A stretch of 44,180 nt of DNA, from positions 1 to 44,180 of the forward strand of contig DASQMY010000428.1 of the NCBI GenBank assembly GCA_035645255.1, written 5' to 3'. Positions 31,643 to 41,644 of the stretch are shown one piece after another; position 1 is the first letter of the stretch; every line of letters starts with the position of its first letter. A program made the translations under genes and the position numbers. The notes under the pieces are model-generated. The model saw nothing but the letters and a program-made list of their open reading frames with translations, was not told the DNA's origin and made no database searches. The DNA is from Mycobacteriales bacterium. GTDB lineage: Bacteria > Actinomycetota > Actinomycetes > BP-191.

Positions 31643-34443
31643 CGCTCTCCTACTCGCAACGTGGCGGTGATGTCGGTACGGCGGGTGATCGCGCTGGACA
31701 CCGCGATCGCGGCGACCACGACGACGACGAGAGCTGCCGCGACGGCCGCCAGTGCGGCCGGGTCGACGGACGGCACGACCCGCTGCAGCGAGCCGGTCAG
31801 CCGGCCGACGCCGAGCCGCGGCGTGACGAGCGCGGCGGTCCCGACGCCGAGGAGCGCGCCCAGCACACCCGCTACGGCCACCATCGGCGCGAGCTCCGCG
31901 ACGACGAGCCCATCGGCCTGCCGGTCGGCGAGCCCGAGCGTGCGGAGGAACGCGAGGTCCTTCGCCCGGGCGCGGGCGGTGAGCGTCGTACCGACGACGA
32001 TGCCGAGCGCGGCGTACAGCGCGGACACGATCAGCGCGGTCGTGAAGGCGCCGACGGTGCCGGACACCAGCGGCGCGCTCCGCGCGCTCGCGTACTGCGT
32101 GGCCCGGGACGCGACCACGGCGGCAGGTGACCGCGTGCGCGCCGCAGCGGCGACGGCGGACTCGGCGCCGTCGTCGGCCCGCACGTAGAGCCTGGTGGTC
32201 CGGGTCGGCACCCGCTCGGCGAGCTTGACCAGCGGGAGGACGGCGAAAGCGCGGCCGGGGGCGACTCCGGCCAGCCGCTCCCGCAGCCCGACGACGACTC
32301 CGGGCACCGGCCGGCCACCGACCTGCACGGCGACCGGATCACCGACGCCCAGCCCCTCCGCTGCGGCGAACTGCTGCGACAGCAGCATCGGCACCCGGGC
32401 GGCGCGGTCGCCCGGACCGGCGAGGAAGGACCGCGGCAGCGGAGTGTCCAGCGGAGTGCCGCGGACGACCGCCTGGTACGCCGGCGCGTCGATGGCGACC
32501 ACGATGATCGGCCGGCTCGCCACGCCGCGCCCCGCGGCGGCGCGCTGCTCGACGTACGACCTGGCGGTGGCGCGCACGCCGGGCACGTCGGCGACGTCGA
32601 ACTGCTCACCGAGCGACGCCGGCGTCGGTGCGTCGATCCGGTGGTCGGCCCCGACCTGCTGCCACACCTCGCTGCGCTGCGCCGACGTCACGGTGTCCCT
32701 GACCACGGAGGCGAACGTCGCCAGGGCGACCGCCAGCAGCAGCACCAGAAGCGGCACCGCCGTCACCGCCGGCGCGCGCGCCACCCGGCTGAGCGCCAGG
32801 AAGGGCACGGCGCCGCGGCGGCGCGCCGACAGCCGCGCCAGCACCCGGAGCGGTGCAGGGTAGGCCCGCAGGGCGACGAGTCCGGCGGCCAGCCCGAGCA
32901 GGAGCGGCACGGCGGCCAGGTAGACGTCGAACCCGGCGTCGGCGCGCGCGCTGCTCTGCGCATCGAGCCCGCGGCGACGCAGCGCCAGGAGGCCGGCGAC
33001 GGCGACGAGCACGACGAGCCCTTCGAGCACCAGCCGGCGGGGCGAGAGGCCGCCGGCGACGAGGTCACCGCGGTCCAGCGCGGTCAGCTGCCGGCGCGCA
33101 TGGGGTACGACGGCCGCCGTCACGACGAGGGCGGCGCAGGCGCCGAAGGTCAGCGCGAGCGCGAGCGACTGGCCGGCCGACCCGCCGGGCACCAGCCGGC
33201 TCGCGGCGAGGAACCCCACCAGCGCGGCGGGCAGGCAGAGCGCCGCAGCCTCGACGAGGTGACCGGTGACGACTTGCGCCGGTGAGCCGCCGCGGCCGCG
33301 GACCAGCGCGAGCGCCGAGCGCCGCCGCTCCGCCGACAGCAGGGCCACCAGCGCGAGCACGGTGAGCGCGACGCCGAGCAGCCCGATGAAGACGACCCCG
33401 GTCACGGAGCGGGCGAAGGAGAGCTCGACCCGCAGCCGGTCGAGCACCGTCAGCAGCCCCGTCCGGGTGCTGGTCTGCTGCAGCCGGGAGTCGCCGGAGG
33501 ACGGCGTGGTGGTCCGCAGCTCGACGACGTCGCCGTGCAGCGAGTCGATGTCGTCGCCGTCCACCCGCTGCGGGTCCACCTCGTATCGCCACAGATACTT
33601 GAAGGCGAGCTGCGGCATCGCGGCGCGCACGTCGGCGTAGCCCGTCGGCTCGAACAGCCCGAACCCGAACACCAGGAGGCGGTCGCCCCGCTCCACCTCG
33701 AGCGGCCGCAGCAGCGACGGGTCGGCGGTCCAGAACCGGTCGGCCGGGTCGACCGGCTGGAAGACGCCGGCCAGCCGGACGACCGTGGGCGAGTCGACCT
33801 GGTGCAGCGTGACGCTCAGGCGCGTCACCTGGTCCTCGTTGTCCGGCGTCAGCACCAACGACTCGCCGACCCGCATGTCGAGCAGCCGCGCGCTGTCGGC
33901 GGACAACGCGATCTCGACGACCGCCGCCGCCGACTCCGCCCCGGCGCTGCCCGCGACAGTCATGCTGTCGTCGGTCGGCTGCGGCGGGCGGCCGTCGACG
34001 TACCGGATCCGCTCGCCCGCACCGAGCTGGCTGCGCAGCGTGAGGTAGCGCTGGTACGGCGGCTTGCGCCTGCCCGGCAGCGACTGGAGGTCGTGCCGGG
34101 CGCTGTCGATGACCAGGTGCCGCTGCACCAGCTTCGAGCGCAGCCCGGCCGGCACCACCTCGAGGTCGCGCCGGCTGCGCTCCGCGACGCGCGCCAGCGG
34201 GTCGGCCGGGCCGCCCGGCTCGATCCAGTCGATGGTGTCGAGCTGCAGCTCGCGGCCCGCGGGTCCACCGTCGCCCAGCGCGGCGCGCAGCCCCCGGTCG
34301 GCCATGGCGTCGAGGCGGCGCGGCGCACCGGCGACGAATATCGCCGTGAGGCCGACGAGGACGACGACGGTCAGCCGCACCGCCAGGTCACGACGCGTCG
34401 CTCTCAGCACCGCGAGCCAGCCGACCGGCGCGCCGCCCCTCAC
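31639..34443 (-). CDS. ABC transporter permease, double FtsX domain (934 aa)
   Basis: ORF 31639..34443, with a GTGA overlap with the upstream permease. There are two FtsX-type TM bundles (about aa 330-440 and 800-934), each preceded by a large extracytoplasmic region. Confidence 0.85.
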   Translation of the reverse strand: MRGGAPVGWLAVLRATRRDLAVRLTVVVLVGLTAIFVAGAPRRLDAMADRGLRAALGDGGPAGRELQLDTIDWIEPGGPADPLARVAERSRRDLEVVPAGLRSKLVQRHLVIDSARHDLQSLPGRRKPPYQRYLTLRSQLGAGERIRYVDGRPPQPTDDSMTVAGSAGAESAAAVVEIALSADSARLLDMRVGESLVLTPDNEDQVTRLSVTLHQVDSPTVVRLAGVFQPVDPADRFWTADPSLLRPLEVERGDRLLVFGFGLFEPTGYADVRAAMPQLAFKYLWRYEVDPQRVDGDDIDSLHGDVVELRTTTPSSGDSRLQQTSTRTGLLTVLDRLRVELSFARSVTGVVFIGLLGVALTVLALVALLSAERRRSALALVRGRGGSPAQVVTGHLVEAAALCLPAALVGFLAASRLVPGGSAGQSLALALTFGACAALVVTAAVVPHARRQLTALDRGDLVAGGLSPRRLVLEGLVVLVAVAGLLALRRRGLDAQSSARADAGFDVYLAAVPLLLGLAAGLVALRAYPAPLRVLARLSARRRGAVPFLALSRVARAPAVTAVPLLVLLLAVALATFASVVRDTVTSAQRSEVWQQVGADHRIDAPTPASLGEQFDVADVPGVRATARSYVEQRAAAGRGVASRPIIVVAIDAPAYQAVVRGTPLDTPLPRSFLAGPGDRAARVPMLLSQQFAAAEGLGVGDPVAVQVGGRPVPGVVVGLRERLAGVAPGRAFAVLPLVKLAERVPTRTTRLYVRADDGAESAVAAAARTRSPAAVVASRATQYASARSAPLVSGTVGAFTTALIVSALYAALGIVVGTTLTARARAKDLAFLRTLGLADRQADGLVVAELAPMVAVAGVLGALLGVGTAALVTPRLGVGRLTGSLQRVVPSVDPAALAAVAAALVVVVVAAIAVSSAITRRTDITATLRVGER

Positions 34444-37400
34444 GTGTCACCGCCGGTCCGCAGCAGCGAGCCGACCCTTGCCTCGCGCATGGCGAGCCCG
34501 CTCACCAGCACCGCGGCCGCCGCCGCGAGCACGATCACCAGCTCGAGCATCCCGACCACGCGCCACGGCACGTCGATCCGGACAGCCGGCACCGACGCCG
34601 CTCCGGAGCCGGTCAGCACGAACGCCGGCACGACGACCCTCGTCAACACCACACCGAGAGCCGTGCCGCCGAGCAGGCTGAGTCCGATCAGCAGTGACTG
34701 CTCGACCGCGAGCCCGCCGGCCAGCTGGCGGGAGGAGACGCCGAGCGCCCGGAGCAGGGCGAGCTCGGACAGCCGCTGCCGGAGCGCGACCGCGACGCTC
34801 ACCGCGAACCCGACTGCCGCGAACAGCGCGGCGGCGACGAGCGCCATCGCCAGACCGCCGACCACACCGACCGCGGTCGGGTTGCGACTCAGCCGACGAC
34901 CCTCGGTGACGCGGTCCAGCACCGCCGGGCCCGGCGCCGGCAGCTGCTCGGTCAGTGCCGCGGCGGCCGCCGCCTCGGCGCCTTCGTCGGTGGCCAGCCA
35001 CCACTCCTTCGGGGTGAGCACTGCGCCGGTCTCGGCGTACTGCAGCTCGGCCAGCTCGGCGAGGTCGACGACCAGGCCAGGGCTGCCGCCGTCCAGCGTC
35101 GGCACGTCGCGCAGCGCGCCGACGATCCGGACGTCGCGCCGCTTGCCGGCGATGTCGAGCGGCACGATCCCGCCGACCTCGCGGCGGGTCATCTCGAGCA
35201 GCCGGTCCATCGCGAGAGCGCGCAGCGGCTGCTCCGGCCTCGGCGGGGAGGCGAAGACGCGGTACGTCGACAGCGTGCGCGGCGGCGCGCCGCCACCGGT
35301 CCTGACCTTGACGACCAGCCGGCCGCTCTCCGGCGTCACCGCGCGCACCGCAGGCTGCGCGAACGCGTCCTGGAGGACGTCCGCCGTACCGGACCAGGTC
35401 ACGTCGTCGGTGACGACGTCGCGCCAGTCGTCACCGTCCGCCGCGTCGCTCGCCTGGACGGCGATGCTGACCAGCAGCTCGTCCGGCTCGACGCGCGCGG
35501 TGGGCAGCGCGAGCTCGAGTCCGGCCAGCTGCAGCGGGTAGTGGGCCGCACCGGTCGACACGGTGGCGACGGCGCCGCCGGCGGCCGGTGCGGCGGGGAG
35601 CCGGTAGCGCCCGCCGCCCGCGTCGCGGACGATCGCGGACACGGCGACGTCCTCCGCCCCGCCGACGACGACCCGCAGCCGGCGCGGCTGCCCCGGCAGG
35701 GCTGCGGCCCGCGGCGACGCGGCCGGCTCACTGAGGCCGGCGGCCAGCTCGGCGAGGCTGCGGTCGGCAAGGTCGTCCCGCAGGCGCAGCACCGACGCGG
35801 CCGTGGCGGAGTCGAGCGCGATCACCCCGGCGTTGTCGCGCGGGGAGACGTGCACCTGGTCGCGCACGACCGGCATCAGCGCGCGCACCCCCGCGACGGT
35901 GTCCGGGCGGCCGGGCACGTCGGCGGTCGGGGCCGGCGGCCCGGCGCCGAGCACGACGCGGACGTCCGCGCCGACGGCGTAGTCGGCGCGGTCCTGCTGC
36001 GACTGCCGCCAGGTGCTGGTGTAGCCGATCGCGAAGACCCCGATCGCCAGGGCGAGGGTCAGCAGCAGTGCCGGCCTGCTGTAGTGGCTCGGGCGCCGCG
36101 CCAGCTGCCAGGCGCCCAGTGGTCCGGGCAGGCCGCGCCGGCCGGTCGCCCACCGATCGGCTGCTCGCGCCAGCACCGGCACGAGGCGGAGCACCAGCAG
36201 TGCGCCGGCGAGCAGGCCGACGGCCGGTGCGGCGACGAGCAGCGGGTCGACGCCGAGCACTCCGATCGACGTCTCGGTGAGCCCCGACCCGTACCGGCGC
36301 AGCTGCCAGAGCAGCAGCACGCCGAGCGCCACGACCACCAGGTCGAGGCGGACCCGGGACACCAGCGCCCGCAGCGGGGCGCGGCCACGCTCCCGCCGCG
36401 CCACGGCGTACGTGCGCGCGTTGAGGATCGCCGGGACGACGAGTGCTGTCGCGCACACGGCGGCGGTGAGCCCGGCGGTGCCGAACGACCTGGCGTCGAT
36501 GTGCGGCTGCAGCGGCAGCCCGATGTCGGCGACCGGGCCGGTCCGCTCGAGTGCGCCGACCAGGACGAGCGCGACGAGCGGACCGAGCAGCGTCGCCGGT
36601 ACGACGACGACGGCCGCTTCGAGCGCAGCCACGACGCCCACCTGGCCGGCCGACGCGCCCCTCGCCCGCAGGAGTGCGGTCTCGACGTGCCGCGACTCCA
36701 GGATGAGACCGGTGGCCAGCAGCATCGCGTACGCCGCGAGCACTGCCACCTGCGCGGTCGGGACGAACATCGCCCCGCGACTGACGAGGAGCGAGCGCTG
36801 CGCCGGGCGCAGCAGGCCGGGCAGCCCGGTGGCGACGCTGAGGTTCGCCCCGCCGCCGGCCCGGCGCACGGCGCCGGGGAGTGCGCCGACGCGCGCGGCG
36901 AGGGCGCCGAGATCGGCGACGTCGACCGCGTCGGCGGCCGGGCGGCTCCGCCAGTAGGCGCTGGCGCCGCGTGCCGCGAGCGGCCCGGTGAACGCGCGCT
37001 CCGCTACGAAGAACGGACCGTAGGTGGTGAAGGAGCCGGTCTCGACACCCTCGGTCTCCAGGGGGCTGTCCCACCACATCACCGAGCGCGTGTCGCGCGC
37101 CCGGTAGGTGCCCGCTATCCGGACCTCGACCGGCGCTCCGTCGAGGCGCGGGCGCACCGTCAGCGTGTCGCCGGCGGCGAGCCGCAGCGTGGCCGCGACC
37201 CGGTCGCTCACCACGGCCTCGACCGGTCCGTCGCCCGCCGCCACGGCCGGCCACGCCCCGGTCAGCAGGTCGGCCTGCTCGGCCAGCCGGTCGGCGAACG
37301 CGAGGACGGCCAGCCGCGGCTGCTCGCCAGCGGGTGTGCCCGGCAGCTCGAAGCTCTGCGACAGCGCCGACCGGTAGGTCGTCGCCTCGGTGCCGGTCAG

Positions 37401-37691
37401 CGCGCCGCCCAGCGCCGCGGTCACCGTGCGGTTGGCCGCGGCATAGGTCTGCTCGTCGTAGCGCCCGCTCACCTGTACGCCGACGGTGCGCACCGGCGCG
37501 TCGGCCAGTGCGCGCTGGAGCCCACCCGACGCGACCGCCGACGCGTAGACCGGCCCGGCCACGACGATCGCCGACGCCAGCAGCACGATGACGACCGCCG
37601 CGAGCAACGCGAGCGGGTCGGCGGCGACGCGGCGGCGGATGATCCGGAGCGCGGCACCGAGGACGACCCGCGGCACCCGCCCTCCCGCCAT
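34440..37691 (-). CDS. ABC transporter permease, double FtsX domain (1083 aa)
   Basis: ORF 34440..37691, with ATG 12 nt after the class II DAHP synthase stop. There are two FtsX-type TM bundles (..LLRARGASAGQV.., ..LLRALGVSSRQL..). Confidence 0.85.
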   Translation of the reverse strand: MAGGRVPRVVLGAALRIIRRRVAADPLALLAAVVIVLLASAIVVAGPVYASAVASGGLQRALADAPVRTVGVQVSGRYDEQTYAAANRTVTAALGGALTGTEATTYRSALSQSFELPGTPAGEQPRLAVLAFADRLAEQADLLTGAWPAVAAGDGPVEAVVSDRVAATLRLAAGDTLTVRPRLDGAPVEVRIAGTYRARDTRSVMWWDSPLETEGVETGSFTTYGPFFVAERAFTGPLAARGASAYWRSRPAADAVDVADLGALAARVGALPGAVRRAGGGANLSVATGLPGLLRPAQRSLLVSRGAMFVPTAQVAVLAAYAMLLATGLILESRHVETALLRARGASAGQVGVVAALEAAVVVVPATLLGPLVALVLVGALERTGPVADIGLPLQPHIDARSFGTAGLTAAVCATALVVPAILNARTYAVARRERGRAPLRALVSRVRLDLVVVALGVLLLWQLRRYGSGLTETSIGVLGVDPLLVAAPAVGLLAGALLVLRLVPVLARAADRWATGRRGLPGPLGAWQLARRPSHYSRPALLLTLALAIGVFAIGYTSTWRQSQQDRADYAVGADVRVVLGAGPPAPTADVPGRPDTVAGVRALMPVVRDQVHVSPRDNAGVIALDSATAASVLRLRDDLADRSLAELAAGLSEPAASPRAAALPGQPRRLRVVVGGAEDVAVSAIVRDAGGGRYRLPAAPAAGGAVATVSTGAAHYPLQLAGLELALPTARVEPDELLVSIAVQASDAADGDDWRDVVTDDVTWSGTADVLQDAFAQPAVRAVTPESGRLVVKVRTGGGAPPRTLSTYRVFASPPRPEQPLRALAMDRLLEMTRREVGGIVPLDIAGKRRDVRIVGALRDVPTLDGGSPGLVVDLAELAELQYAETGAVLTPKEWWLATDEGAEAAAAAALTEQLPAPGPAVLDRVTEGRRLSRNPTAVGVVGGLAMALVAAALFAAVGFAVSVAVALRQRLSELALLRALGVSSRQLAGGLAVEQSLLIGLSLLGGTALGVVLTRVVVPAFVLTGSGAASVPAVRIDVPWRVVGMLELVIVLAAAAAVLVSGLAMREARVGSLLRTGGDT

Positions 37692-37703
37692 CGCCCGGAC
37701 CGG

Positions 37704-39041
37704 CTAGCGCTGCAGCATCTCGGCGACGAGGAACGCTAGCTCGAGGCTCTGGCTGGTGTTGAGCCGCGGGTCGCACGCCGTCTCGTAGCGGCCGGCCAGG
37801 TCGGCCTCGCTGATCTGCTCCGCGCCGCCGATGCACTCCGTGACGTCGTCGCCGGTCAGCTCGACGTGCACGCCACCGGGCCAGGTGCCCAGGCCCCGGT
37901 GCACCTCGAAGAAGCCGGTCACCTCGTCCAGCACCCGGTCGAAGGACCGCGTCTTGTAGCCGTTGGCCGACTCGAACGTGTTGCCGTGCATGGGATCACA
38001 CGCCCACACGACGCTCGCGCCGCTCTCCCGGACGTCGTCCACCACCGGCGGCAGCAGGTCGCGCACCCGGTCCGCGCCGAAGCGCGTGATCAGGGTGAGC
38101 CGCCCGGGCACGTTGTCCGGGTTGAGCCGCTCGCAGAGCGCCCGCGCGTCCTTGCCGGTGGCGCCCGCCCCGAGCTTGACGCCGACCGGGTTGGTCAGCC
38201 GGGAGAGCAGCTCGATGTGCGCGCCGTCGAGGTCGCGGGTGCGCTCGCCGATCCACAGCATGTGCCCGCTGGTGCCGAGGATGTCGCCGGTCGAGTCGTC
38301 GCGTCGGACGAGTGCCGCCTCGTAGTCGAGGAGCAGCGCCTCGTGGCTGACGTAGAGCTCGATCTCGTGCGCGGTCGGCATGGTGTCGACGTTGATCCCA
38401 CAGGCGCGCATGAACCCCAGCGCGCGGTCGATGTCGCCGGCGAGCCGCTCGTAGCGCACGCCCGCCGAGCTGCGGAGCACGAAGTCCTTGTTCCAGGCGT
38501 GCACCCGGTGCAGGTCGGCGAAGCCGCCCGTCGCGTAGGCGCGCAGCAGGTTGAGCGTCGAAGCCGCCTGGTGGTAGGTCCGCATCAGGCGGCGCGGATC
38601 CGGCGTACGCGCCTCGAGGGTGCGCGCCAGGTCGTTGACCGCGTCCCCGCGGTACGACGGCAGCTCGACGCCGTCGACCAGCTCGGTCGCTGCGCTGCGC
38701 GGCTTGGCGAACTGCCCGGCGATCCGGCCGACCTTGACGACCGGCAGCGCCGCGCCGTACGTCAGCACGATAGCCATCTGCAGCAGCGTCTTGAGCTTGT
38801 CGCGGATCTGGTTGGCGTTGAAGGCGGCGAACGTCTCGGCACAGTCGCCGCCCTGCAGCAGGAACGCCTCACCGCGGGAGACCGCGGCCAGCCGCGCGGT
38901 CAGCGTGCGGCACTCGCCGGCGAAGACGAGCGGCGGTACGCCGGACAGCTCGGCCGTCACGGCTGCCAGGGCCTCTTGGTCCGGCCAGCCCGGCTGCTGC
39001 GCCGCGGGGAGTGAGCGCCAGCGCTCGAGGTGAACAGTCAC
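37704..39041 (-). CDS. aroG: DAHP synthase, class II (M. tuberculosis AroG type)
   Basis: ORF 37704..39041 (445 aa, GTG start). The sequence is class II DAHPS throughout (..LLQGGDCAE.F.., ..GR.AGQFAKPRS.., ..WIGERTR.., ..DPMHGNT..). Confidence 0.9.
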   Translation of the reverse strand: MTVHLERWRSLPAAQQPGWPDQEALAAVTAELSGVPPLVFAGECRTLTARLAAVSRGEAFLLQGGDCAETFAAFNANQIRDKLKTLLQMAIVLTYGAALPVVKVGRIAGQFAKPRSAATELVDGVELPSYRGDAVNDLARTLEARTPDPRRLMRTYHQAASTLNLLRAYATGGFADLHRVHAWNKDFVLRSSAGVRYERLAGDIDRALGFMRACGINVDTMPTAHEIELYVSHEALLLDYEAALVRRDDSTGDILGTSGHMLWIGERTRDLDGAHIELLSRLTNPVGVKLGAGATGKDARALCERLNPDNVPGRLTLITRFGADRVRDLLPPVVDDVRESGASVVWACDPMHGNTFESANGYKTRSFDRVLDEVTGFFEVHRGLGTWPGGVHVELTGDDVTECIGGAEQISEADLAGRYETACDPRLNTSQSLELAFLVAEMLQR

Positions 39042-39184
39042 GATCCAAGACTACCGGCGGCCGGGTTCGCCGAAAGCGGTAGCCATTCGCCGATCGGTGG
39101 GTGAGGGTCGGACCGGCGGCATACCGATCCGGCGCGCTGCCAGTACGGTGCAGTCGGCGCGGGTGTCGCAACCACGGAGGGTGC

Positions 39185-40555
39185 ATGGAGCTCACGTTCC
39201 CCACGGGATTCGTGTGGGGCGCCGCTACGGCGGCGTACCAGGTCGAAGGTGGTGCGCGGGACGGCGGCCGCGGTCCGTCGATCTGGGACACGTTCGCGCA
39301 CACCCCGGGAAAGGTGCGAAACGGCGACACCGGCGACACCGCGGCCGACCACTACCACCGGTGGGCCGAGGACCTCGAGCTGATGGCCGGGCTCGGCCTC
39401 AAGGGCTACCGCTTCTCGGTTGCCTGGCCGCGGGTGCAACCGGCCGGCAGCGGTGCGGTCAACCAGCAGGGCCTCGACTTCTACCAGCGACTGGTCGACG
39501 GCCTGCTGGAGCACGGGATCGCACCGGCGCTGACGCTCTACCACTGGGACCTGCCGCAGCCCCTGCAGGACGCCGGCGGCTGGCAGTCCCGCGACACGGC
39601 CGAGCGCTTCGTCGAGTACGCCGGCATCGTCCGCGCGGCACTCGGCGACCGGGTGAGCATGTGGACGACGCTCAACGAGCCGTGGGTGTCGGCGTTCCTC
39701 GGCTACGGGCTCGGCAACCACGCGCCCGGCGTCGCCGACCGCGCCGGCTCGCTGGTCGCCGCGCACCACCTGCTACTGGCGCACGGGCTCGCCGTGCCGG
39801 TGCTGCGGGCCGGCCCCGGCACTCCACAGGTCAGCATCACGCTGAACCTCTACCCGGTCTCCCCCGCGACCGACTCCGCTGCCGACCAGGAGACCGCTCG
39901 GCGGGTCGACGGCCTGCAGAACCGGATCTTCCTCGACCCGCTGCTGCGCGGCCGCTACGCCGACGACGTCCGCGCCGACATCGACGAGGTGGCCGGACTC
40001 GGTCACGTCCGCGACGGCGACGAGGCGGCCATCGGCGCGCCGATCGACGTCCTCGGCGTCAACTACTACACCCCGATGACGGTGCGGGCCGGCCCGCCGT
40101 CCGACGCACCGACCCAGTACCCCGGAGCGGATGCGGTCACGGTGCTCGACGGCAGCAGGGTCACCGCGATGGGCTGGGACGTCGACGCGCGCGGGCTGCA
40201 CGCTGTGCTCACCAGGGTGCACCGCGAGTACCCCGGCACAGCCCTGGTCATCACGGAGAACGGCGCGGCGTTCGACGACTACGGCGACCCCGAGGGCGAG
40301 GTCAACGACCCCGAGCGGATCCGCTACCTCGACGAGCACGTGCGCGCCGCACACCAGGCGATCGCCGAGGGCGTCGACCTGCGCGGCTACTACCTCTGGT
40401 CGCTGCTGGACAACTTCGAGTGGGCGGAGGGCTACGCCAAGCGCTTCGGCATCGTCTTCGTCGACTTCCCGACGCAGCGGCGGATCCCGAAGGACAGCGC
40501 CGCCTGGTACGCCGGTGTGATCGCCCGCAACGGGCTCGTGGACCCGGACCTTTAG
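39185..40555 (+). CDS. GH1 beta-glucosidase
   Basis: ORF 39101..40555 trimmed to ATG 39185, with SD GGAGGG upstream. GH1 motifs are present: [20 protein letters not shown] (acid/base) and ITENGAA (nucleophile). Confidence 0.9.
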   Translation: MELTFPTGFVWGAATAAYQVEGGARDGGRGPSIWDTFAHTPGKVRNGDTGDTAADHYHRWAEDLELMAGLGLKGYRFSVAWPRVQPAGSGAVNQQGLDFYQRLVDGLLEHGIAPALTLYHWDLPQPLQDAGGWQSRDTAERFVEYAGIVRAALGDRVSMWTTLNEPWVSAFLGYGLGNHAPGVADRAGSLVAAHHLLLAHGLAVPVLRAGPGTPQVSITLNLYPVSPATDSAADQETARRVDGLQNRIFLDPLLRGRYADDVRADIDEVAGLGHVRDGDEAAIGAPIDVLGVNYYTPMTVRAGPPSDAPTQYPGADAVTVLDGSRVTAMGWDVDARGLHAVLTRVHREYPGTALVITENGAAFDDYGDPEGEVNDPERIRYLDEHVRAAHQAIAEGVDLRGYYLWSLLDNFEWAEGYAKRFGIVFVDFPTQRRIPKDSAAWYAGVIARNGLVDPDL

Positions 40556-40568
40556 CGAAGGCGGCGAC

Positions 40569-41642
40569 GTGCCAGCAGACGACGACAGGAGCACCGCGCC
40601 GGCCCCGCCCCGAACGCGGCCGGTGGCCCCGATGGACGCGCTCGGCCCGCCGACGCTCGACGCCGTCGCCGCTCTGGCGGGCGTCTCGCGGGCGACCGTC
40701 TCGCGGGTCGTCAACGACTCGCCCAAGGTCAGCCCGTCCGCGCGCGAGGCGGTGCAGGCGGCGGTGGCCCTCACCGGCTACCGGCCGAACCGGGCTGCCC
40801 GCAGCCTGGTCACCAGGCGCAGCGACTCGGTGGCACTCGTGGTGTCCGAACCGGACGAGCGGGTCTTCGGCGACCCGTTCTTCGGCCGGATGGTCCGCGG
40901 CGTCAGCCAGGCGTTCGCCGACACGCCGCTGCAGCTCATCCTGCTGATGGGGCAGTCGCCGCAGGAGCGGGCGCGGCTCGGCCACTACCTGCGCGGCGGC
41001 CACGTCGACGGAGTGCTGCTGATCTCGCTGCACGGCGACGACCCGCTCGCCAAGCACGTCATCCAGGCCGGGCTCCCGGCGGTCATCGGCGGCCGGCCGC
41101 CGAGGTCGGCGGCGGTCAGCTACGTCGACGCGGACAACGAGGTGGGCGCGCACGAGGCGGTCTGCCACCTGGTCGCCAGCGGCCGCCGGCGGATCGCCAC
41201 CATCACCGGCCCGGCCGACATGTCGGCCGGCGTCGACCGCCTCCGCGGCTACGACCGGGCGCTGCGCGAGTCGGAGCTCCCGCGGGACGCCGCCCTGGTC
41301 GTGACCGGCGACTTCACCGAGGCGTCCGGCGACCAGGCGGTGCGCGAGCTGCTGGCGCGCACACCCGACGTCGACGCGGTCTTCGCGGCGTCGGATCTCA
41401 TGGCGGTCGGCGCGCTGCGCGCGCTGCGCGCGGCGGGGCGCCGGGTGCCAGGCGACGTGGCGCTCGTCGGCTTCGACGACTCGATCCGGTTCACCGAGCC
41501 GGCCCTGACGACGGTGCGCCAGCCGATCGAGGCGATGGGCGCCGCCATGGGTCGCATCCTCATCGACGAGCTGGACGACCGGTCGCGGCCGCGCTCGACC
41601 GTCGTACTCCCCACCGAGCTGGTGGTGCGCGACTCCAGCTGA
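40569..41642 (+). CDS. LacI-family transcriptional regulator
   Basis: ORF 40569..41642, with an alternative start at ATG 40632. The HTH is TLDAVAALAGVSRATVSRVVN and a periplasmic-binding-protein-like core follows. It lies 13 nt after the beta-glucosidase. Confidence 0.85.
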   Translation: MPADDDRSTAPAPPRTRPVAPMDALGPPTLDAVAALAGVSRATVSRVVNDSPKVSPSAREAVQAAVALTGYRPNRAARSLVTRRSDSVALVVSEPDERVFGDPFFGRMVRGVSQAFADTPLQLILLMGQSPQERARLGHYLRGGHVDGVLLISLHGDDPLAKHVIQAGLPAVIGGRPPRSAAVSYVDADNEVGAHEAVCHLVASGRRRIATITGPADMSAGVDRLRGYDRALRESELPRDAALVVTGDFTEASGDQAVRELLARTPDVDAVFAASDLMAVGALRALRAAGRRVPGDVALVGFDDSIRFTEPALTTVRQPIEAMGAAMGRILIDELDDRSRPRSTVVLPTELVVRDSS

Positions 41643-41644
41643 GC

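Noticed and set aside
31276-39014. Many 100-730-aa ORFs on the + strand across the ABC/aroG region (e.g. 33535..35541, 35541..37739, 37866..39014) and minus-strand alternates (35728..37836)
   Set aside because: All are out-of-frame or antisense shadows of the permease, ATPase and DAHPS genes, and none has a recognisable domain.
39042-39184. Aromatic leader peptide or LacI/CebR-type operator in the aroG / beta-glucosidase intergenic region
   Set aside because: The only short minus-strand ORF ([23 protein letters not shown]) has no aromatic codon run. No TGGGAGCGCTCCCA-like palindrome is present. Only a weak direct repeat was kept, as a low-interest finding.
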